Shown in pieces: positions 9,699-22,468 of a DNA stretch of 64,000 nt. Within the stretch, counting starts at the first letter, position 1. The number at the start of each line of letters is the position of its first letter. The notes beneath the pieces were generated by a model. It saw only the letters and a list, made by a program, of their open reading frames with translations. It was not told where the DNA came from and did no database searches. Both the position numbers and the translations under genes were made by a program. Origin of the DNA: Guillardia theta CCMP2712 (lineage: Eukaryota; Protista; Cryptophyta). Location of the stretch: the NCBI RefSeq assembly GCF_000315625.1, contig NW_005434627.1, positions 475,380-539,379 on the forward strand, in the 5' to 3' direction.

Positions 9699-12141
9699 TT
9701 ACGAGCGGCCAATGTGGTGATGAACGAGCAAAGAAGATCTGCCATCGAGATGGTATCGGGTTGACATGATCAGAACAAGCGTTTCAAGGCTCATTGCATG
9801 CGAGCAGCTGGCATACAACAGAGAAGGGAGGGTTCTCGCGCAAGGCGCGCCTGCTTTTTCTGTCTGCTTGGGGCTGGTTGACATCGAGGTCGAACTTGCT
9901 GGGGTGAAACTTTCATGCGGATGCTGATGACGATGTTCGCTGTGTGACAAGTACTCTCTGTCTTCCTCCTCCTGCTCCTCCTCCACCACCACCACCACCT
10001 CGTCTCAGCTTTTTTGACGTGAGCAATGTGCGCTTGTGTTGTTGTCTTGACTTCAGCGTTCGCGTCTTCTCAAGAGACTTGATTTGTCTTGACGTGACAA
10101 GAATGCACTCTTATGAAGAAGTAGGAAGGGAGTATGACTGAGTGCATGGCTGAAACAAGGAGCAAAAGGAAGGGAACTCAGAAACAAAGACAACAGAAAC
10201 TGGATTGAGTTGACACCAAAGACAGCAATAAAGTAACAAACTCGACAACAACGAAGAAACAACGAAGATAGCATTGAAGTGAACCTTGTGTTCTCATGAT
10301 TGAAATCTCTTTGGATCTCCTACCCTATGCCATTCTTCGCTCCCTGAGAGATTATTGTATTCATCGCCGCACAGAACCAGGACAGAAAATCGACCCGCTT
10401 CTCTCCTCCTCTCATTCCACGTGCTGCTTCATTCCTATCGCCTTCTCCCTTTTCCCCCCCCTCCATCTCACCTCTTTCCCCTCCTCTTCCCCCCTACCTT
10501 TTCTCCCCTCTCCTCCACTCCTTCCATAGGAGCTGCGCAGCAACTTTAGCGTGTCAACTCCCGAGCTGTAGCGCACGGGGAGAAGGAGGTGTTTGTTTAT
10601 TATTCTACACATGCTACCGCTCGCTGCTGCTCCCGCGCGACAGCTCCGGTTTCAGCTCGAGCGGGAAGGAGAGGAAACACAGGGTTATGGTTGTGCTGAA
10701 GACTATCCGGAAGACTCTGGCAACAAGGGAGGGGTCGAAGTTGGGTATGTTTGCAACCTTGGCGAGCGAGGGAAAGATTTCAGATAAAGCAGAATGACAC
10801 CAGGTTGAGCATACCAGAGAGCGAGAGTGAGCGAGCAGGAGAGATCGGAGGTACCTACATGTCATTGTGAAGGGTAGGAGGATGGAAGGAGAGCAGAGAG
10901 GTCTCATCACCGAAGTGAGATGATAAGAAAGTCGAGGCTTGTCGAGATGATCCAGCTGCCGTCTCCCTTGGTCATCCTAGAAAGAGAGAGAGAGAACAAT
11001 GTCAGGGGGAGCAAGAGGGCAGTGTAAGGAAGAAAAACAGAATGCACAATGCAAGGGAGAAAGAAAGGGAGAACAGTACTGAACCAAGAAGCAGTGATCA
11101 AAGAAGAAACAAACTTTCTCTCTTCCTCCCAAAATCCTCGTCACTTCATCCTCATCTCCTCCGTCTCTGCGTTCCTCTTCCTCGTAAAGGCATTCTTCCC
11201 TCCCTCCCTTCTTGTCCTCTCCTTCAGCGACCGCTCTGCTGTCCCTACCCTCCTTCCCCCTGTTCCCTTCCTTCTATCCCTCATATACCTGCTCTCCTTC
11301 TCTTCCTCCTCCCACTCCAACTCTCCTCCTTCCTCCTCATACCTGCAGTGCATGGAGGCGATAGGGGGAAGCGCATGGCAAGACTGCTCCGCGTCTCCGT
11401 CCAGCTCCAGCGGGAAGGACCGAGCAGCAGCATAGAATGAGGCGAGTGGGGCGCAGCTGACGAGGAGCGCGGCGAGCAGGTAGAGGAAGCGGGAGCAGAT
11501 CCGCAGGAGAGTGGAGGAGCCGGACTCCAGTGACCTCATCCTCCTGACCCAGTGGAGGGCGATAAGCGCACTGAGAAATCCTGCGCCGAGGCCTGCCGGG
11601 CAGATGAGGAGGAGGAGAGAGGAAGAGGGCAGGGGAGAGGAGGGAGGACGTGGAGCAGGAGGAGCAGGAGGAGCAGGAGGAGCAGGAGGAGCAGGGGGAG
11701 GAGCAGGAGGAGGAGCAGGAGGAGGACGAGCAGGGAGAGGGCGAGACAAGAGAGAGGAGGGAAGAGGGCGAGGTCGAGGTGGTGGAGGACTGAGAACGAG
11801 GAGCAGATGAAGGAGATGAAGGAAGGAGTACCAAGGCCGAAAGGAACATTGTAGCTTCTATGAAGACTAATGCCCCTGAAGCTGAAAGGGACGAGAAATG
11901 AGCAGAGCAGGAGAAGAAAGAGCGAGGAGTGAAAGAAGAGGAAGGAATAGATGGGGGGGGAACAATGTGAGGAAGAGACAAGAAGAGAAAAATCTACCGG
12001 AGCGATGTGCTCAAGTACTGCAAACCAAACGAGTCAAACAAGAGGTAGAGAATAGGAGGAGCAGGAGGAGGGAGGAGCAGGAGGAGCAGGAGCAGGAGCA
12101 GGAGCAGCAGGAGCAGCAGGAGCAGGAGCAGGAGCAGGAGC

Positions 12142-12187
<46 letters not shown>

Positions 12188-12375
12188 GGTGATGGTGGTG
12201 AAGAAGGAGGAGGTCAGGGCAAGAAGGAGTGTTGCGAGAGGAGAAAGAGGAGCGGGAGGAAGATGGAGAAGTTTCAAGGAGTTTGTGAGCAGGTGGGCGA
12301 GGGGGAATTTAACATACCAGGACCAGAGAAGTCCAGCACGCGATCTTGAGGAAGCCGAGGAAGAGGAGGGGAAGG
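9699..12375 (-). CDS. Hypothetical multi-pass membrane protein (multi-exon, boundaries approximate, 5' end probably in or near the gap)
   Basis: Hydrophobic exons bounded by GT/AG between microsatellite introns: FLGFLKIACWTSLVL, LVWFAVLEHIAP, ASGALVFIEATMFLSAL, GLGAGFLSALIALHW...FLYLLAALLVSCAPLASFY, VFRIVFSTTITLCFLSF. Confidence 0.45.
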
Positions 12376-12429
12376 AGATGAGGCTGCAAAATTGATGAGA
12401 ATGAGGAACGAAGGGAGGAGCAAGGAGCC

Positions 12430-12517
12430 AGGAGCGAGGAGCGAGGAGCGAGGAGCGAGGAGCGAGGAGCGAGGAGCGAGGAGCGAGGAGCGAGGAGCGA
12501 GGAGCGAGGAGCGAGGA
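12430..12517. repeat. (AGGAGCG)n heptamer microsatellite
   Basis: About 12 perfect copies. Confidence 0.9.
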
Positions 12518-12689
12518 GAGAAGCTGGAAGAAAGGAGGCAGGCAGGCAGGGAGAGAGGAAGGAAGGAAGGAAGGAAGGAAGGTGGGGGAGAGAGATTTGG
12601 AGGGGGTTAGCAATAGAAGGAGGGGGAGACAAGGAAAGGAAAACAAGATATCGAAGGAAGGAGAAAGGAGCAGGGGGGGAGAGGACGAG

Positions 12690-12739
<50 letters not shown>

Positions 12740-12747
12740 AGACAAGG

Positions 12748-12793
<46 letters not shown>

Positions 12794-12810
12794 AGGACGA
12801 GGAGGGGCAA

Positions 12811-13389
12811 NNNNNNNNNNNNNNNNNNNNNNNNNNNNNNNNNNNNNNNNNNNNNNNNNNNNNNNNNNNNNNNNNNNNNNNNNNNNNNNNNNNNNNNNNN
12901 NNNNNNNNNNNNNNNNNNNNNNNNNNNNNNNNNNNNNNNNNNNNNNNNNNNNNNNNNNNNNNNNNNNNNNNNNNNNNNNNNNNNNNNNNNNNNNNNNNNN
13001 NNNNNNNNNNNNNNNNNNNNNNNNNNNNNNNNNNNNNNNNNNNNNNNNNNNNNNNNNNNNNNNNNNNNNNNNNNNNNNNNNNNNNNNNNNNNNNNNNNNN
13101 NNNNNNNNNNNNNNNNNNNNNNNNNNNNNNNNNNNNNNNNNNNNNNNNNNNNNNNNNNNNNNNNNNNNNNNNNNNNNNNNNNNNNNNNNNNNNNNNNNNN
13201 NNNNNNNNNNNNNNNNNNNNNNNNNNNNNNNNNNNNNNNNNNNNNNNNNNNNNNNNNNNNNNNNNNNNNNNNNNNNNNNNNNNNNNNNNNNNNNNNNNNN
13301 NNNNNNNNNNNNNNNNNNNNNNNNNNNNNNNNNNNNNNNNNNNNNNNNNNNNNNNNNNNNNNNNNNNNNNNNNNNNNNNNNNNNNNNNN
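12811..13389. other. Assembly gap (N run)
   Basis: N characters. Confidence 1.
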
Positions 13390-14039
13390 TATACAAGACT
13401 ATGCATCTTCACAAAGTGGTTTTTAAGTCATGCAACAAGAGATGCATCATTCAAAGGCGGAGAAGTACAAACATGATGTGAACAAGTAATGTGGCACAGT
13501 GAAGCATCTCTCATAAATATGATATTCCATCCAGTACATGAAGATGAAGGTCTTCGTGGAATAAAGGTCTTGGAATCTTGTAATCATGTGCGTTTCAGCT
13601 GCAACCATTCAGAACCTAGTTATCAACATCGCCATGCTTTTGCTACTTGTTCACAACGATTAAAAAATGAACAATCCACAGCAGAACTCTCTAACTGTGT
13701 GATGTAATGAGTTCATTTGCACCTTTTCCTCTCACAAAATACTTTCGAGTCTCTTCATGCTCGTGTGTGTTCGTGGTATACTCGTCCCCATCAATGGATG
13801 CGTTCAACAAACCAAACTTTGAAAACAGATTATGGCATTGTAACATTTTCACCAACCGGCACAGCGGGTTTGACGAAGAGAAATATTGATGAGGCTCACC
13901 TGCTGCAAGTGACTGCAACTTGGGCAAACATGCTCGCACAAAACTCAAACACTGAAGACAAGGATCGGCAGAGAAGAGCTTCGCGACATGAGAGCAGAAT
14001 GGTGAGGGGAGACGCGCTGGGGTAGTGGGTGGAGGCGTG

Positions 14040-14245
14040 TAGAATTAAAACATTTTAGAAGGTACCAAGAAACGATAAGCTAAACTTCCAAAATCACTTT
14101 TAATCACGGTTTTGAATATGGTTTGAATTTCAACAGTACAAAATTTCAACCTGCGCAAATCACACGCCGTGTACCCCCATTTTCCCATGCACCACCCCCT
14201 TGAAGATATAGGGCAAAAACCAACGCGGTTTGACCCCAGAATGTA
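14040..14245. mobile_element. Possible DNA-transposon terminus abutting a TA dinucleotide
   Basis: An AT-rich subterminal-like segment ending ...TTGAAGATATAGGGCAAAAACCAACGCGGTTTGACCCCAGAATG|TA joins the duplicated cassette exactly at a TA that is present once in copy 1 (7479-7480). The partner end was not found. Confidence 0.35.
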
Positions 14246-15187
14246 CTGTGACAGGGCCGTGAAACTTGCCACAGCAGTAAATGGCGCTCTGAACAATCTC
14301 CAATAATCCGAAACTTCGGCGGATGACTCAGACCCCAGTGAACTAGCTTGATGGAGACTCTTGACAGTAGCACAGAGCCTCGGAGATCGCTGATTGGACG
14401 ACAGCTACCTTCCGATGATCGCGGGAACTTCAAGGGGACGATCATGGAGCATAACTGGAGGGCCTGAGACTTCAGAAAATCTTGAACCGAATCACTGCTG
14501 CGTTTACTAGAACATACATTCACTGCGGTATCAGCCTTGGTCCGGTGTACCACAATATACCTAGTCCTAGACTACTCGTCACCTGACTCGCCACTGTATG
14601 CCAATATTTCTCCGTCCCTCAGCACACATCGGCATTTTCCTCTTCCGTCCACCAGCAGCACATCCAGGCCTTCGACGAGCTTTGTTTCTTGCAGTTTTGC
14701 GATCATGATCGCAAGCGCTTCTGCATGTGGCTGATCCCCTCCTACCACATACCCTCGGTCGATAGTGCTCGATACTTGCATAGCGTGCAACGGTTTCGAG
14801 ATCTCGTGCATCAAGTTTGCGAGCTCTTTCGAAACAGATTGTTCTTTGCCTGCGAAGCCAAAGTGTCGCAGCTGCCCGCAGACTCTCCTGCTGTACTCAC
14901 TCAACGTATTCTTCGGCCCCGCCAACAAATGGCCCATCACAAACGTCCTGACACCCTCCGTAAGAGACACGGTGCAGTCGTACCGTGCTATCGCGATCTC
15001 AATCAGCGCTCGATTGTTGACAATGACCCTCATTTTCGCTTCTTCGCTCAAAGCTTTCAGCTTCATTTCCTGCAACTGGTCGTTGAGCGCTTTGATGAAT
15101 TTGTCCCTGTTGGATTTGAGATCTTCAATCTGTCTCTCATACCTCTCCAGCGTTTGGTTCTTGTCGGACTTGAGATCTTGGATGTCG
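14244..15187 (-). repeat. Second, apparently identical copy of 7479-8422 (includes the 3' part of the coiled-coil gene, CDS 14572-15187, truncated by the gap)
   Basis: Offset is 6765 bp. The ORF translations at 14572-15075 and 7807-8310 are identical. Confidence 0.95.
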
Positions 15188-16029
15188 NNNNNNNNNNNNN
15201 NNNNNNNNNNNNNNNNNNNNNNNNNNNNNNNNNNNNNNNNNNNNNNNNNNNNNNNNNNNNNNNNNNNNNNNNNNNNNNNNNNNNNNNNNNNNNNNNNNNN
15301 NNNNNNNNNNNNNNNNNNNNNNNNNNNNNNNNNNNNNNNNNNNNNNNNNNNNNNNNNNNNNNNNNNNNNNNNNNNNNNNNNNNNNNNNNNNNNNNNNNNN
15401 NNNNNNNNNNNNNNNNNNNNNNNNNNNNNNNNNNNNNNNNNNNNNNNNNNNNNNNNNNNNNNNNNNNNNNNNNNNNNNNNNNNNNNNNNNNNNNNNNNNN
15501 NNNNNNNNNNNNNNNNNNNNNNNNNNNNNNNNNNNNNNNNNNNNNNNNNNNNNNNNNNNNNNNNNNNNNNNNNNNNNNNNNNNNNNNNNNNNNNNNNNNN
15601 NNNNNNNNNNNNNNNNNNNNNNNNNNNNNNNNNNNNNNNNNNNNNNNNNNNNNNNNNNNNNNNNNNNNNNNNNNNNNNNNNNNNNNNNNNNNNNNNNNNN
15701 NNNNNNNNNNNNNNNNNNNNNNNNNNNNNNNNNNNNNNNNNNNNNNNNNNNNNNNNNNNNNNNNNNNNNNNNNNNNNNNNNNNNNNNNNNNNNNNNNNNN
15801 NNNNNNNNNNNNNNNNNNNNNNNNNNNNNNNNNNNNNNNNNNNNNNNNNNNNNNNNNNNNNNNNNNNNNNNNNNNNNNNNNNNNNNNNNNNNNNNNNNNN
15901 NNNNNNNNNNNNNNNNNNNNNNNNNNNNNNNNNNNNNNNNNNNNNNNNNNNNNNNNNNNNNNNNNNNNNNNNNNNNNNNNNNNNNNNNNNNNNNNNNNNN
16001 NNNNNNNNNNNNNNNNNNNNNNNNNNNNN
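15188..16029. other. Assembly gap (N run)
   Basis: N characters; the gap starts inside the 75-bp coding repeat. Confidence 1.
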
Positions 16030-16359
16030 CCGCTGTGGGCTTCCGAGTCCTGGTTATGAAGGGGGTAGCCGCTGTGGGCTTCGAGGGGTGGGTCATGGGG
16101 AGGGGTACGAAAGGAAGGTTTAAAGGGGGGTGGAGGGGTGGGGTAAAGTTCCAAAATGGAGAGTTGAAAGTTTGAAAGTTGATTTTGATTGGAAAATGAT
16201 TGCAAAAGTATACGGTTACGACCGTCTCTGATACGTGTAACGGTACGAAACGGGGAGTTTTGAATAGAAAATGATTATAGTTTCAAAAAGTTGAGCGGAA
16301 AATGATTACTGCAAACTTTCGTTGACTGGAAATTGATGATTGCCCTCCGCAGAGTCTGT

Positions 16360-16960
16360 TCTGGGCCGGCGGCACTGAGTCACGAGTCACGGCGTTCAAC
16401 GGACGGTTTCTTCCCCGGTCAATGATCGATGATCCGATCAGATTGGACTCCCGGATCCGATCGGTCAGCCGGATCGGAAGGGTTCTGGTCCGACGGACTC
16501 CCGTCACTCGGACTCACAGAGTCAGCCTCCGGGCGGTGGCATGCCGCCGCGTACTTGAAACTGAGTTCCGTTACTAAGTTTATTGGCTCAGCCTCTGTGA
16601 CAACTGCAGTGTATTGAGACGCCGCATTGAGCCCGGCTCAGTGCCAATGGTCACTGTACAGGCGCATGTCATGCCCGGCATGCTCAGCAATGGTCCTAGT
16701 CGCCGGGACTCCCCGGACCTGCCTCCGCTCCGACTCAGCGGCCGCACTCAGTGAGTACTGGCCGCCCGGCTAGTCACTCCGGCCCATGCACAGCCTTGGC
16801 TGCGGCTGTTGACCGCCGGGCTGACCGGTCGGACCACCGCCGCATCATTACCTCCCGGCCGGCCCGACGGTGCGTGACCACAGTGCCGTGGCCGACAGTC
16901 CAGCCAGGCCGGGGGACGGGCAGCCTGGCAGGCCGGGCAGTGTTGCACAGTGCTGCCCGC
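16360..16960. promoter_or_regulatory. GC-rich, palindrome-dense intergenic island
   Basis: Dense CCGG, GGCC, GATC and (T)GAGTCA/GTCAC words; no credible coding frame. Confidence 0.4.
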
Positions 16961-18571
16961 CCCCGAAGGACTACGAAGGATCCGAAAGGCTACGAAGGAC
17001 CCGACAGGCTACGAAGGCTGGTATACAGATGGGCTAGGCTCCGATCGGTCACCCGGCGTGAATCATCCGAAAGAGCCATGTCTGAAACGGTCGCCCGAGC
17101 CCTCGTCCTGGCCGGCTGGTACTTCATCGTACTCTCCTTGAACCAAGGTAGCCCTTATCCAAAGGGACCGGCATGGAGCCTCCTGCAAAGAACCATCAAA
17201 ATCTTTGGAAGCAGAGGTGCTGGTACGTTCAAGGATGAGGCTGAGAGAGAAGTTTAGAAAGCAAACCTGGTCCGTCAGTCCTTGGATTGACATTCCGAGA
17301 CAAAAGGTTGTTCGCATCCTTGCAAGGCATTGACGATTTTGCATTCGTCTTCAGCAGCATGTCAGCGCTAGCGTGCCCCCGTGCAAGAATCTACCTTCAA
17401 TCCATCCCAGCATTCGTAAACAATCTGACCCCTCTTCGCAGTCGCATCAGACCAATACCTACAGCGCTGTCATGGACGAATGATGGTCATTGACTGGGTC
17501 GTATTACAAGAATGATTGTCCTTGCCCTTGTTCTGCCAGCTTTGTCGGCTCATTTGAGTTGTCTGCACCAGCGAGAACAACTGTGAGTTGCATTGTAGTG
17601 AATAACAAAGAAACGGTATGCCTTCAATGTAGGTGAAACACAGCGCCGCACAGCATGCAAGCATGCACACAAGAGCAAGCTGTTTCTGGCCATTTAGATT
17701 CATCTTGACAGATGCTCCTGTGCAAACATCCCATCAGGGTTTCGCTCCCTCACTCCCTCGCTCGCTCGCTCGCTCGCTCGCTCCCTCCCTCCCTCCCTCC
17801 CTCCCTCCCTCCCTCCTCCCTCCCTTCTTCATTCCTCCTTTCCCCCTCCTTCTCTCTGGCCCTCCGCGCCTGCCTCTCCCTGATCTCATGCTGCCTCGCT
17901 CCTGCCACCGGTGACATTCCTCGGTACAAACCCCAACCCACCGAAGGGTCAGATGGTAACTTGACTAGAGTGTGGTAATTTAGCAGGAGGGGTTGTTATT
18001 TCTGTAATGATGATATGCAGCGAGGAGGGGTTGAGGAGGGGGGATGGGGGAGAGGCAGAGGCAGAGAAGAGGCAGAAGAGGAGGGGGAGGGGGAGGGGGA
18101 GGGGGAGGGAGACGGGGACTGTGAGAGCATGCACGGGGGGCGGATGAGAGGGAGAGGGAGAGGGAGAGGGAGAGGGAGAGGGAGAGAGAGGGAGGGAGAG
18201 CATGGCTGTCATGTTGGAACGATACAAAGCCTTTGATGAAAACGTGACTGAGTTTGAAAATGGTTGCGGTGGAGATACTGAATATCATGATCATGTCCAT
18301 CTTGTTTTCCGTGATGGATCTGATGATAGAGATGCCAAAGAATTACTGTTTTTGTGCCTGCATGCAGCGGGAATATCTGAAAAATGCACAAGGATGCAAC
18401 ATATCTTGTGGGCAGAGAGCAGGGTGATCACGATTTGTACCAAGAAGGGATGGCTCGTCAGGGAAGAGGAGGACAGATTGAGACTAGCGCTTAATAGGAG
18501 GGGAAGTGATGCGCTTCAAGGATGATGAGTGTTAATCCTAGCAGGGCTCGACGCCTTTGATCGGATGTTCT

Positions 18572-19499
18572 CTATCCTCTCCAGACTGGTAGTTCTTGTT
18601 CATGAATCGCCATGCTTTTTGCAAGGTGACTTGACCTTTCTAGACATTCCTGGCATATGGAGACGCCAACGACACTGTTGGTCTGAACCCAAACAAGGTA
18701 TTTAACGAACAGCATAATCTGTTTGCTCAAGGTCCGCAAGGTGTTTGGTGGAGCTCGGAAGTTCTGTGAGGAGGAACTGGGAAAAGACTCTCCTTCACTG
18801 GACAAGTGTGAATCACAACTGCTCAAGGATGCCACGGGGATATGTGGAGGAGTAATTGACAGGTAGCTGCTGTATGTTTGTTTTCAGCACGTACCTTATC
18901 TCGTTGTGTCACAGGTATGGCACTTGCTATGCGCCCAAAGGAGGCGTTCAAGATGGATCAGTTCCTTCTTGAGCCATTAGCAGCCTGCGGTGGGCGATGG
19001 ACTTGTCTATTTATTCTTTCTCCCTTGCATGTTTCCCAGTCTTCACGGTTCAACGGTTCTAGAACGATCGCAGCATGTGGAGAAGACAATGTGATGAACA
19101 AAATTGAACTCATTTATTGTAACAAAAACTTGTATCCTTTTCTCACACACTCAACAACTAGCATTGCGAATCTTTACTCTGCGTCCGGCGCAGCTTCTCC
19201 ACAGCAGAGAGCACGTTTGTGAGCAAGAGGCCAGGAGGTCCTTGGCAATCGATACGCAGAGATCTCTTTGGCTCTGATTGAGAGCGGCCGCAGGATTCCT
19301 CTATCATGATGCGGCGACGAGCTGCTGGCTCAACCCTCCACTCTAACTCATGCTGCGATTGCTCGCTAGTGATTGAGCTAGTAGATGTCGAGCGTTGGAT
19401 TATGGAATCGTCGTGATAGGAAGAGGTTTCACGTGAATCAATTCTGTCGTCTTGGGAGGGCTCAGGCATCATTGACAAGGAAAGTTTCCGAGAGGACAT
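18572..19499 (-). CDS. Hypothetical protein (multi-exon, approximate)
   Basis: An ATG-initiated Ser-rich ORF at 19499 and further non-repetitive minus-strand ORF segments ending at 18572. No recognisable domain. Confidence 0.3.
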
Positions 19500-20193
19500 C
19501 TATACGTAGTTGAAGGAGATGGGTGCTTTTCGCGAAATCACCCCGCAACAAGATCTGAAGGCACCGAATAAAGGCAGCAGGGCAGAAGAAGGTAAGAAAC
19601 GAGAGCTCAGTGGCAGGAAGAGGACGAAGGAGGGACTAGAAAGGCGGGTAGGGGGGCAAGGAGGGCAAGGAGGATAAGGAGGACAAGGAGCGCAGAAAGA
19701 TGCTTTGGTTCGTTTCTCGCAGGAGGGGACTTGAAATGATGAGAACAGACCTTCGGAAAGAGCGGGGCAAGGAGGAAAGTCTCCGTGAGGACGGGTACTC
19801 CAGCAGTCGGGTGGACCGGTCTGCGGAGAAGATATATTGTTATGGACTCGAAAAAACATCCTTTCAGAGACACCCTCCGTGCTGACAACGGCAGACCGAT
19901 CTAGGGGTGACCTCCACCCTCCCATCAAATCTATATATCACCCGTGGGTAAGCAAGATGTTGTCAGCAACCGTTCGGATTCTCTAAATACGGGTACCAAT
20001 ATCTTTACGATTCGGGCCATCCGTTGGGGCGGACCAAATCTGCTGATGTTTAGGGCCTCGAAACGCTGTCTCTTGTCCGTTTACTTCATGGCGCAGCCCT
20101 GTAGTAAAATAGAGTATGCCCCAACATTGTCCCCAAGTGTCGCCAGTAGTACTACATGACCAGGTACCGTCACCGGTTGGAGTGTACTTGGAT

Positions 20194-20213
20194 TTAACTT
20201 AACTTTGAGTAAA
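20194..20213 (-). promoter_or_regulatory. Conserved motif TTTACTCAAAGTTAAGTTAA (copy A)
   Basis: The reverse complement matches 62688-62707 at 20/20 and 40305-40321 at 17/17. Confidence 0.55.
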
Positions 20214-20251
20214 ACATTCCACTGGAGCATTCGAGTCTCATCACGTCACAC

Positions 20252-20420
20252 TCACGTCACGAGCGCGCGCGGCCGGCCCCCGGCCCGGATAATGACCGGG
20301 GCCGGCAGGGCCCGCGGCCGCCCGGCCCGGCCCCCCTCACAGTGCCGCCCGGCCCGGACCCCCGCAGCACTCTGACTCAGTGACAGTGGCTCATTTGACC
20401 CGGAGCCCGGTCCGGTGGAA
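20252..20420. promoter_or_regulatory. GC-rich CCGG/GGCC island between divergent genes
   Basis: Repeated GGCCGGCC and CCCGGCCC words plus TGACTCA, adjacent to motif copy A. Confidence 0.4.
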
Positions 20421-21051
20421 GGCAGAAGCCAAGCCATCCAGCTAGTATAACCGAACCAGGGAAAGAACCATGGAAGAACCATGGAAGATGATCAAGGTGG
20501 CGGGAAGGGAGGAAAGATGGCGGGAAGGGAGGAAAGATGGCGGGAAGCGAACGGTCATGGCCAGGAGAGGAGGATCAGATAGATAGGAAGAAGCACGGAG
20601 AGAAATGAGAAGGCTGAAGGTTGAATTAAGGGGGTGAATATCTGAGAGATTGAGGCAAGCGAAACAGAGTGGTACACCTCTGTTTAGCAAAACAGCGAAA
20701 TAGAGTTGTGCAGAGGAAGTTGTTTGAGAAATGAATCTTGCAAGCAAGATGTGTGAGAGAGCAATGGCATGAAGGAATGTTGTGTATGATGCCATCCTGC
20801 TGATGTGGTTTGAACTGCCAGACAGTTGTTCTTATTCGCTGTATTGTTGTCTTAATTCCGCAAGCTGTTGCAAGGCTTTGAGAGGAGAATCTTGTGCTAG
20901 CATGCAACTGCAGGGAACTAAACATTCTACATCCACTAGATCTGAACGAGGAACAGAGGATGGTACATGATGTATCACGATGATGACATCTTCCTTCGCC
21001 TGTTTGCAGGTTCAAGTGGATTACAACGGTGCTTTCACATAAGGCTGCAGG

Positions 21052-22434
21052 ATGGCGTTAGACGACATTGTTCTCCCTGGATCGAGATCCGGACATCGTC
21101 CTGTTCAGGTTGCACCTGATGAGAGCTAAAAATGGCTGTGATGATGATCATGATCATGATCATGATTGATGACGACGACGACGACGATGACTTCGTCGAT
21201 GATGACTACCACTCGGACCCAGATGGTGGTGGTAGAGATGATGAATACGATGACGATGACGATGATGATGACGATTGTGCTAACCATGATGATGACGACC
21301 ATCAATGAGATGATGTCAATAAGATGTTATCTGCTGTTGCTGACGAGGAAGCTCCAGCTGATAACGCCTGTTCCTGGCCTTGTGGTGAAGACGAAGGACG
21401 TGAAAGGAAAGAAGGTGAGCTTGCTTGTCTCGTGAGAGTCCTGCTGACAATGACACCCGATAGATTTTCATTAACCTCGTGATGCACGACATCGTCAAGA
21501 TGCCTGTGGACGTGAATATGTGTGAGGTGAATTATTTTCCTCTCTCATGAGCACTCAAGATGTCTTGTATCTGCTCACCAGCCCTCAACATGTATCCTCC
21601 TCAATATGTCTTGTGTCTTCTCACCAGCCCTGAACATGTATCCCCTCCATCTCATCAAAGTTTGACATGTTATGATATCATCCTCGTTGTCATGTCATGA
21701 TTGTAGGTAGCCCGAGAGCACATCGCGGAGCGAGGCCTGTCAAACCTGCGGGTCCCCTTGGACGTCAGCGGTGAGCAACTGCTGTGCTTTCACTTCCAGC
21801 CCCCTCCCTGCCTGCGCTCCCACAGTGCAAGCTTGACTGACTTGTGGCAGATCCAAGGGATACGGAAGACAAACGGGGGGACAAGGTGAGGCTGCTGGGG
21901 AGTGACAAGGAACTCTTGTGGTGGGTGAACTGCTGCAGGCCACGGCCATCGACGTCATGTTCAACACCTTCCTCCTGGACCGGTGAGCAGAGGCATCGAC
22001 TGTGTCCTCCACAAGCTGATGGACTTGAGCAGGGCCATGCACGGGCAAGGGGAGATTGAGGTCCCTATTCAAGCTCTGTTGCCTTACTCCTGCTCCTCCT
22101 CCTCGTTCATCACCTCCTCGTCCTCCTCCTCCGACCTACTACTACTCGCCTTCCCTCTCATTCCCTCCCTCTCTTGCTATCTTTTGGCTCTCCCCTCCTG
22201 CCTCTCGTTCCTTCGTGTGTTTCTCTTTCGTCTTCGCGTTGCTGTGCCTCGCTGTCTGCTCACGTTCCTCTAGGGGGTTCCTACTCGCATCTACTTCCAG
22301 CAGGAGCTTGCCTCATTGGCAATCAAGGATGTTGAGGATGTGTTGAAAGTCGGCATTGGTGACCTCCCCATCATCATCCTGATCATCATCTTCCTCATCC
22401 TGATCATCATCATCATTATCATTATTATCATCAT

Positions 22435-22468
<34 letters not shown>

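Noticed and set aside
13390-14040. Possible transposase remnant next to the TA junction
   Set aside because: No DDE/D or HTH motif is recognisable in any frame; only short ORFs.
12011-16205. Long ORFs of 299-461 aa spanning N runs
   Set aside because: Artefacts of assembly gaps (poly-X).
17078-18525. Possible plus-strand gene (ATG 17078, ORF 18202-18525)
   Set aside because: I could not build a consistent spliced frame or recognise a domain, so I left it unannotated.
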